From: a virus
Taxonomy: Duplodnaviria; Caudoviricetes
IMG/VR virus record: IMGVR_UViG_3300009128_000006
Span: 26,157 to 90,156 of that record
Direction: 5' to 3' (one strand)
Length of the DNA stretch: 64,000 bases
The translations under genes were made by a program, and so were the position numbers. Positions 58,151 through 63,183 of this stretch are shown piece by piece. Under the pieces are notes generated by a model, which was not told the origin of the DNA, made no database searches, and saw nothing but the letters and a program-made list of their open reading frames with translations. Numbering within the stretch: the stretch's first letter is position 1; every line of letters starts with the position of its first letter.

Positions 58151-58236
58151 GGGGATCGAGTACAGTAGCTCGGGACTACTGGCGGGCCTGTAAAGTCCGT
58201 GCCTTAGGGATAGTGGTTCGAATCCACCGATCCCCA
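58151..58236 (+). tRNA. tRNA-Tyr(GTA)
   Basis: Acceptor GGGGATC/GATCCCC, anticodon loop CTGTAAA, GGTTCGAATCC. Confidence 0.9.
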
Positions 58237-58257
58237 CCTATTTCTTTGTCTTCTATT

Positions 58258-58340
58258 GGAGAGGTAACTCTGCGAGGCAGGGCTACGCTTGGAAAGCGTA
58301 TGGCGGTTTCGGCCGCGCGGGGCGGTACCGCACTTCTCCT
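58258..58340 (+). tRNA. tRNA-Ser(GGA), non-canonical T loop
   Basis: TACGC-TTGGAAA-GCGTA, long variable arm, acceptor GGAGAGG/CTTCTCC. Confidence 0.75.
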
Positions 58341-58351
58341 CTTCTTCACAT

Positions 58352-58427
58352 GGTCGTGTAGCTCAGTCTGGTAGAGCAGAGGGGTCGCCCCCAGAGACGC
58401 AGGTTCAAATCCTCGCTCGTTCCACCA
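58352..58427 (+). pseudogene. Degenerate tRNA (anticodon unresolvable)
   Basis: TAGCTCAGTCTGGTAGAGC D arm, GGTTCAAATCC T arm, CCA end; damaged anticodon and acceptor stems. Confidence 0.6.
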
Positions 58428-58433
58428 CATCTT

Positions 58434-58516
58434 GGAGAATGAACCGTCTGAGTGGACGGCCTCGTTTCGAAAACGAGCGGTGCGGCAAGCATTCGGGGCG
58501 GGACCGACGTTCTCCT
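58434..58516 (+). tRNA. tRNA-Ser(CGA), non-canonical T loop
   Basis: CTCGT-TTCGAAA-ACGAG, long variable arm, acceptor GGAGAAT/GTTCTCC. Confidence 0.75.
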
Positions 58517-58525
58517 CTACTTCTT

Positions 58526-58616
58526 GGAGAGTGAAATAGGTGCGGTTTCCCTTAGCGCGGTTGCTACCTGCGTCGGGTCATGTGGCCCGCTGGTTCGACT
58601 CCAGCACTCTCCTCCA
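58526..58616 (+). tRNA. tRNA-Ser(GCT)
   Basis: CGCGG-TTGCTAC-CTGCG, long variable arm, GGTTCGACTCC, CCA. Confidence 0.85.
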
Positions 58617-58629
58617 TCTCTACCACTTA

Positions 58630-58716
58630 GGAGAGGCCCGCGCAGAGGGGCGCATCCGGCTTTGAATACCGGCGGCAGGGTCACACCTGAGGTTTCGAGT
58701 ACCTGTCTCTCCTCCA
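58630..58716 (+). tRNA. tRNA-Ser(TGA)
   Basis: Anticodon loop TTTGAAT in CCGG stem, long variable arm, CCA. Confidence 0.75.
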
Positions 58717-58977
58717 CTTGTCCCAGATGCTCGCCGTGAGCTTCGAGGCATGGAACCTGTACCAGCCCTTCTTCCGGCCCTGAACCACAACCAGCAGACG
58801 ATACTTCGTGCTCCTCTTCCGATACCCAGGCTGCCGCATCACTGCGGCAGTAAGGAATCCCCGTTTTAGGGCCCATTCATGAAGGTTTAGCACCACGTAC
58901 CAGCTCTTTTTGCATGGGTACTCAACCCGCCCCTTCCGAGGGAAGTGGGCGATGGCGCGTAGCAGATCGGCTTCCAT
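58681..58977 (-). CDS. Hypothetical basic protein antisense within tRNA array
   Basis: Lower-GC ORF with TCATAAG box at 59058 upstream. Confidence 0.4.
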   Translation of the reverse strand: MEADLLRAIAHFPRKGRVEYPCKKSWYVVLNLHEWALKRGFLTAAVMRQPGYRKRSTKYRLLVVVQGRKKGWYRFHASKLTASIWDKWRRDRYSKPQV

Positions 58978-59062
58978 TCCAGCTGTGAGCATGAGAGCCC
59001 CTATGAAAAGCAACAGCATGAAGTCTTCGTAGCGATCATCACTACGCAGACGATTTTCTTAT

Positions 59063-59135
59063 GACGACAATCACAGGAGTGGACCTGCTGGGTCTGCAAA
59101 ACCCGGGGAGTGGAGTTCAAGTCTCCCTGTCGTCT
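59063..59135 (+). tRNA. tRNA-Cys(GCA)
   Basis: Acceptor GACGACA/TGTCGTC, loop CTGCAAA, U73. Confidence 0.8.
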
Positions 59136-59154
59136 TCTCTGTTACACTGTGAAT

Positions 59155-59364
59155 GTGAGTACTCAGCTGATCATGACGGCGATCCTACTGGTCCTGGCCA
59201 GTTTCGGCTTCGCCGTGTCCGGGTACTCCCTCGATGACAGCGCCTTGTCCCAGAAAGGCTTCGCTGTCATCGCGACTGATCGCCGGCCCGGCGATCAGGT
59301 GACCGCCAACGAGCGGAATGCGACTGCGCCACAGACTCGTCCCCTGCAGGAAGGCTTCCCGTAG
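59155..59364 (+). CDS. Leader-like peptide with N-terminal signal/TM segment
   Basis: TG-T-TACACT extended -10, 6 nt, GTG; ends QEGFP before hairpin. Confidence 0.5.
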   Translation: MSTQLIMTAILLVLASFGFAVSGYSLDDSALSQKGFAVIATDRRPGDQVTANERNATAPQTRPLQEGFP

Positions 59365-59387
59365 GGGACTTCTCAGTTCTGGGAACC

Positions 59388-59428
59388 CGAGAGGCCTCCG
59401 TCACCAAAGCGGGAGGCCTCTCGCGTTT
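59388..59428 (+). terminator. Terminator hairpin of attenuator-like architecture
   Basis: CGAGAGGCCTCC / GGAGGCCTCTCG followed by CGTTT. Confidence 0.75.
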
Positions 59429-59513
59429 GAGCTCTCGTTATGCTTCACACATGGGCGGTATTCGGCGAGACCCAGGACAGGAGCGCCCCGATGGTCCGGC
59501 GTATACTCCTCGT

Positions 59514-59813
59514 ATGGCCCCGAAGCGCCTACTACTGCACGCCGTGTTCATCCTCATCCAGGATGACGACGTTCGGAGGACCACTGCGGCCATCTTCTTC
59601 TTCTACCTGGGCCTGATGGTGATCTTCCTGGCCCTTGTCCCCATACCAGAAGAGAGCGCGAAGACCATTCATCTCATCATCGGCGGCCTGGTCGGCGGAG
59701 GCATCGGCCCTGCGATTAGAGCCCTACTGGACAAGGGAGACGGACAGAAGCCGAGCCTGGAAGCTCACTTCTCTGGCGAAGGGAACGGGAGCACAGCACC
59801 TCGAGGCCCTTGA
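59514..59813 (+). CDS. Two-TM membrane protein (holin-like)
   Basis: TATACT 6 nt before ATG; two hydrophobic helices around PIPEE. Confidence 0.5.
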   Translation: MAPKRLLLHAVFILIQDDDVRRTTAAIFFFYLGLMVIFLALVPIPEESAKTIHLIIGGLVGGGIGPAIRALLDKGDGQKPSLEAHFSGEGNGSTAPRGP

Positions 59814-59968
59814 ACTCCGAGACTCCTTCGAAGCTCTCGCACTTCCTTGTCTGTACGCGGCCAAAACGAGCCGTCCGGCATGAGCTTGTACTTGCGATGG
59901 AAGGCCCTCCACCGAGGCAGTAGGTTGAAGAACGGGAACACGTTCGAGAGTGGGATCACCTTGCTCAT
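59765..59968 (-). CDS. Hypothetical small protein
   Basis: GGAG RBS. Confidence 0.4.
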   Translation of the reverse strand: MSKVIPLSNVFPFFNLLPRWRAFHRKYKLMPDGSFWPRTDKEVRELRRSLGVQGPRGAVLPFPSPEK

Positions 59969-59972
59969 ATGC

Positions 59973-60001
59973 TTGACTCCCTCTCCACAGGGTACTACAC
60001 C
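59973..60001 (+). promoter_or_regulatory. Sigma70-like promoter for Leu leader
   Basis: TTGACT-N17-TACACC, 6 nt before ATG 60008. Confidence 0.65.
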
Positions 60002-60007
60002 TAAGAC

Positions 60008-60073
60008 ATGACCTTCGTGATGCGCGCGCTATCCTCCTTGCTTCTTCTGAAGCCCGGGGAGGGGTGCGTGTAG
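60008..60073 (+). CDS. Leu attenuator leader peptide MTFVMRALSSLLLLKPGEGCV
   Basis: CTA, then TTG CTT CTT CTG at 60038-60049. Confidence 0.8.
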   Translation: MTFVMRALSSLLLLKPGEGCV

Positions 60074-60096
60074 GGTCATCAACCTACGACACCGTC

Positions 60097-60137
60097 GGAA
60101 GCCTCCCCAGCGAAAGCTCGGGAGGTTTCTTGCGTTT
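60097..60137 (+). terminator. Attenuator terminator hairpin before tRNA-Leu block
   Basis: GGAAGCCTCCC..AGC-GAAA-GCT..GGGAGGTTTCT then TGCGTTT; CCTCCCC also pairs with GGGGAGG at 60056-60062. Confidence 0.8.
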
Positions 60138-60139
60138 AT

Positions 60140-60224
60140 GGGGAGGTAGCCGAAATGGATAGGCACCAGGTTCAGGCCCTGGGGGGCTCAGTCTCCGATG
60201 CGGGTTCGAGTCCCGTTCTCCCTA
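60140..60224 (+). tRNA. tRNA-Leu(CAG)
   Basis: CCAGG-TTCAGGC-CCTGG, long variable arm, GGTTCGAGTCC. Confidence 0.88.
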
Positions 60225-60232
60225 CTCTTTTT

Positions 60233-60316
60233 GCGGAAGTGGCGAAACAGGCAGCCGCGCGGGCTTGAGGGGCTCGTGGTCTTCGGACCGTGGGGGTTCA
60301 AATCCCCCCTTCCGTA
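60233..60316 (+). tRNA. tRNA-Leu(GAG)
   Basis: CGGGC-TTGAGGG-GCTCG, variable arm with TTCG loop, A73. Confidence 0.92.
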
Positions 60317-60323
60317 CTACTTT

Positions 60324-60451
60324 GAGGAGATGGGCAAACGGTAAAGCCACCAGTCGGTATGGGCTGGGGACATCCCGAAACCGCCGTCGTCCGTCCGGAA
60401 GGGAGGCGGAGCACGGTGGACGGATTGGAGGTTCGACTCCTCCTCTCCTCA
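60324..60451 (+). ncRNA. tRNA-like RNA with oversized variable region and aberrant anticodon loop
   Basis: Perfect acceptor GAGGAGA/TCTCCTC, D arm, GGAGG-TTCGACT-CCTCC T arm; 128 nt. Confidence 0.6.
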
Positions 60452-60458
60452 TTATTCT

Positions 60459-60533
60459 GCCCCGGTACGCCAGTTGGTAGTAGCGACCGCACTTAAAATG
60501 CGGTGGATGGAGGTTCGAATCCTCTTCGGGGTA
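60459..60533 (+). tRNA. tRNA-Leu(TAA) with short variable loop
   Basis: CCGCA-CTTAAAA-TGCGG, GGTTCGAATCC. Confidence 0.8.
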
Positions 60534-60537
60534 TCGC

Positions 60538-60566
60538 TTGACCTTCACGTGTTGAAGGACTACTAC
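60538..60566 (+). promoter_or_regulatory. Sigma70-like promoter for Gly/Thr leader
   Basis: TTGACC-N17-TACTAC, 6 nt before ATG 60573. Confidence 0.55.
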
Positions 60567-60572
60567 TTCTAC

Positions 60573-60683
60573 ATGCGTTCCTTCCTGGCCATCACCGGTA
60601 CAACCGGTACCACCGTCCTCCCGCCTGCGTTCGGCGGTCGAGGACTCATGCCAGGACGAACGCAGCTCATCAGCACAGTCTGA
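60573..60683 (+). CDS. Gly/Thr-rich leader peptide MRSFLAITGTTGTTVLPPAFGGRGLMPGRTQLISTV
   Basis: Same promoter geometry as other leaders; precedes tRNA-Gly genes. Confidence 0.6.
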   Translation: MRSFLAITGTTGTTVLPPAFGGRGLMPGRTQLISTV

Positions 60684-60719
60684 TCTGTTCGTAGCCCGCT
60701 TGTCCTGGCTCATACCTAA

Positions 60720-60774
60720 GCGGTAGTAGCTCAGGCACTTAGAGCGTCGGCTTGCCAAGTCGAAGGCCCCGGGT
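60720..60774 (+). pseudogene. 5' part of split tRNA-Gly(GCC)
   Basis: GCGGTAG acceptor strand, loop TTGCCAA, stops after T-stem CCGGGT. Confidence 0.85.
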
Positions 60775-60779
60775 GTTTT

Positions 60780-60851
60780 GCGTACATAGCTCAACGGTAG
60801 AGCATTTGTCTGCCAGGCAAAGGGCTGCGGGTTCGAATCCCGCTGTGCGCT
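60780..60851 (+). tRNA. tRNA-Gly(GCC)
   Basis: TTTGT-CTGCCAG-GCAAA, GGGTTCGAATCCC, U73. Confidence 0.88.
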
Positions 60852-60893
60852 TCACCTCTTGTGCGGTAGGGGATACTTGGTTATCTACCGCAT

Positions 60894-61415
60894 ATGGAAG
60901 AACAGAGAATATGCAGGTCGTGCGGAGATACAAAGCCCGTCTCAGAGATGATTCCCATCAAAAGACGAGGAAAGGTTTACTATAGGAGGCAGTGCCGTTC
61001 GTGTGAGAGCAAACGATGCGCTGTACACCACGCGACGCCAAAATCTAAGGCGGCTTACAAGGCCCGTTCCGACATGCTCAAGGTAGAGCGCGCTGCTGGT
61101 CTGAATGTCGAGCGTTGGATTTACGAAGATGCTCGACGTTCAGACCGAAAGCGCGATCTGGAGAACGACCTGACGAAGGCATTTATCCGAGAGCAGATCG
61201 AGAAAGGGTGTAGCTATTGTGGAGAGGAGAGTATCCGTATGACTCTTGACCGGATCGATAACAGCATCGGGCACTTACAATCAAACTGCGTGCCTGCCTG
61301 TATTCGCTGCAACTGTACCAGAAGGCACATGCCTTACGAGGCATGGCTGATTGTGGCCCCGGCCATGCGGGAGGCGCGGTTGGCAGGTCTCTTTGGGGAT
61401 TGGACTGGAAGATAG
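60894..61415 (+). CDS. HNH-family endonuclease
   Basis: CSYCG...TLDRIDNSIGHLQSNCVPACIRCN. Confidence 0.85.
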   Translation: MEEQRICRSCGDTKPVSEMIPIKRRGKVYYRRQCRSCESKRCAVHHATPKSKAAYKARSDMLKVERAAGLNVERWIYEDARRSDRKRDLENDLTKAFIREQIEKGCSYCGEESIRMTLDRIDNSIGHLQSNCVPACIRCNCTRRHMPYEAWLIVAPAMREARLAGLFGDWTGR

Positions 61416-61432
61416 TCCCGGCTACCGCACCA
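61414..61432 (+). pseudogene. 3' part of split tRNA-Gly
   Basis: AGT-CCCGG-CTACCGC-ACCA complements T stem and acceptor of 60720-60774. Confidence 0.85.
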
Positions 61433-61436
61433 TTTT

Positions 61437-61496
61437 GGCGTCATAGCTCAGTCCTGATAAGGCTGAGGTCGTTGGTTCAACTCCAACCGGTATCAC
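61437..61496 (+). pseudogene. Deleted/chimeric tRNA with Ile(GAT) 3' half
   Basis: TAGCTCAGT joined directly to CCTGATAAGG; acceptor strands do not pair. Confidence 0.6.
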
Positions 61497-61503
61497 TCTC
61501 TAC

Positions 61504-61578
61504 ACTGCCGTGGATCAATGGTAGATCGCCAGGCCCTCACCCTGGAGACCGCGGGTTCGAACCCCGTCGGCAGTACCA
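61504..61578 (+). tRNA. tRNA-Glu(CTC)
   Basis: CCAGG-CCCTCAC-CCTGG, acceptor ACTGCCG/CGGCAGT, ACCA. Confidence 0.8.
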
Positions 61579-61583
61579 CCTAC

Positions 61584-61671
61584 AACGCCGAATGCAAAGT
61601 GGATCGCGCGGCTGGGTTTTCATTCCAGTGCCCGTAAGGGGTAGGGGGTTCGAGTCCCCTCGGCGTTACCA
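61584..61671 (+). tRNA. tRNA-Glu(TTC) with long variable arm
   Basis: CTGGG-TTTTCAT-TCCAG, acceptor AACGCCG/CGGCGTT, ACCA. Confidence 0.65.
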
Positions 61672-61680
61672 ATCCTATAT

Positions 61681-61730
61681 GTTGGCCGTAGCTCAGTCCG
61701 GTAAGAGCGCCAGGTTGTGGCCCTGGAGGT
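61681..61730 (+). pseudogene. 5' part of split tRNA-His(GTG)
   Basis: CCAGG-TTGTGGC-CCTGG, no T arm follows. Confidence 0.8.
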
Positions 61731-61763
61731 TTAAGAGAAATCTCGACAAGCACCCGTGAATAT

Positions 61764-61835
61764 GGTACCTTTGGTGTAGCGGTAGCACGCCAGATTGTGG
61801 TTCTGGAGGCTCCGGTTCAAACCCGGGATGGTACC
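61764..61835 (+). tRNA. tRNA-His(GTG)
   Basis: CCAGA-TTGTGGT-TCTGG; G-1:C73. Confidence 0.85.
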
Positions 61836-61841
61836 CTTTTC

Positions 61842-62453
61842 ATGCCCCAGAAGAAGTCTGTTCCTAAGGTCTGTGAGGTGTGCGGAGACGTATTTCTTGT
61901 GCGGCCGGTGGACGCGAGACGGCATCCCTGCCGGTTCTGTAGTCGCTCCTGTAAAGGCAAGGCCCAGCCTCCTATAAGCAGAGGATTGACCGGAGAGGAT
62001 AATCCGAACTGGAAAGGGGGGCTGACCTTCAGCAAGTCTACAGGGTACTGGAGAGTCTTACAGCCCACACATCAGCGAGCAGACCATCTGGGGTACGTCA
62101 AGCGAGCGGACTTGGTACTGGAAGAGAAACTTGGGCGGCCTTTACTTCCCAATGAGATTGCGCACCACGTCAACGAAGATCGGGCAGATGACTCCCCAGA
62201 GAACCTGGAGTGCATGGACTATGGCGAGCACCGGCTGATGCACATCCAGCAGAGGGCAGAGCGTGCTCGGCAGTTAAACCCTCCGAAGCCGAAACAACCA
62301 GATCACCCCAGCAACCGCCGCTATACGTGGCCCTCGGATTCTGAGCTCCTCGAGATGAGGAAGACGATGAGCCTTCGACAGATTGCGGCCATAGTCGGCT
62401 GCGGCCATAAGACCGTAGATAGACGTCTCTCTCGTATTTCCTCCTCGAGATAA
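61842..62453 (+). CDS. HNH endonuclease with N-terminal Zn ribbon and C-terminal HTH
   Basis: CEVCG..FCSRSC, NPNWKGG, HHVNEDRADDSPENL. Confidence 0.88.
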   Translation: MPQKKSVPKVCEVCGDVFLVRPVDARRHPCRFCSRSCKGKAQPPISRGLTGEDNPNWKGGLTFSKSTGYWRVLQPTHQRADHLGYVKRADLVLEEKLGRPLLPNEIAHHVNEDRADDSPENLECMDYGEHRLMHIQQRAERARQLNPPKPKQPDHPSNRRYTWPSDSELLEMRKTMSLRQIAAIVGCGHKTVDRRLSRISSSR

Positions 62454-62477
62454 TCCCGTCGCTCACCTACCTTTCTC

Positions 62478-62515
62478 GGGAGAGTGGTGTAACTGGCAGC
62501 ACGTGAGGCTCTTCA
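62478..62515 (+). pseudogene. 5' half of split tRNA (identity uncertain)
   Basis: GGGAGAG-TG-GTGTAACTGGCAGCAC-G-TGAGG, ends in anticodon loop. Confidence 0.75.
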
Positions 62516-62516
62516 T

Positions 62517-62590
62517 GGACGGGTAGCTCAGCAGGCCAGAGCGTCCGGCTTTGGACCGGAAGGTGTGCGGTTCGAGTCCGCCCCCGTCTT
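62517..62590 (+). tRNA. tRNA-Gln(TTG)
   Basis: TCCGG-CTTTGGA-CCGGA, GGTTCGAGTCC. Confidence 0.85.
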
Positions 62591-62637
62591 CTCAAACCAT
62601 GCAGCCGTGTTATAGCCATACAAAAGGGTATGGTTCG

Positions 62638-63183
62638 ATGTCTGAGTCTCAAAGGAAGAGAGACGTAGTTCGCCGGCTAAGAACGGAAGGCAAGAGCTAC
62701 AAGGAGATTGCCGAAGCAACAGGGCTCACCAAGTCGACTATTGCATACCATGCAAGAAGATTGGGAATACCAGCCCAACCCCAGCGCCGTGATTACCCCT
62801 GGAATGAAATCCAGAAGATGTATGAGAGTGGGGCAACTTATCGGGAGTGCGCGCAGAAGTACGGGTTCTCCCGTACTGCATGGGACACGGCAAAACGTCG
62901 AGGGCTTATACACCCACGGGAGAAGAGGAGGCCTGTTGAACTCTACTTCTCTTGGAGGAAGAAGCTGTCGTCAACGGCAAAGAAGCGCCTGTTCGATGAG
63001 GGTATGTTGAAAAAGGAGTGCTCTATATGCGGACAAGGACCTGTATGGGCTGGGAAGCCTCTCGTTATACAGATTGATCACATCAATGGAAACCCCGCGG
63101 ACAATCGTCGTGAGAATCTACGGCCGGTGTGCCCGAACTGTCATTCTCAGACCCCGACGTTTTGCGGGCGAAACATCACCTAA
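62638..63183 (+). CDS. HTH-HNH endonuclease
   Basis: GKSYKEIAEATGLTKSTIAYH; CSICG...QIDHINGNPADNRRENLRPVCPNCHSQT. Confidence 0.9.
   Translation: MSESQRKRDVVRRLRTEGKSYKEIAEATGLTKSTIAYHARRLGIPAQPQRRDYPWNEIQKMYESGATYRECAQKYGFSRTAWDTAKRRGLIHPREKRRPVELYFSWRKKLSSTAKKRLFDEGMLKKECSICGQGPVWAGKPLVIQIDHINGNPADNRRENLRPVCPNCHSQTPTFCGRNIT

Noticed and set aside
59430-59500. SRP RNA or other ncRNA after the fourth hairpin
   Set aside because: Conserved SRP helix 8 motif not found; no convincing structure by eye
60459-60533. Stop-codon suppressor tRNA / alternative genetic code
   Set aside because: Loop CTTAAAA centres on TAA (Leu), and genes in the window end normally at TAG, TGA and TAA
60775-61413. Group I intron in tRNA-Gly
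   Set aside because: Insert is fully occupied by a tRNA and an ORF; no room or motifs for a ribozyme core
61584-61671. Selenocysteine tRNA (TCA in loop, long variable arm)
   Set aside because: Centred 7-nt loop gives TTC, and the acceptor stem is 7 bp rather than the 8 bp of bacterial tRNA-Sec
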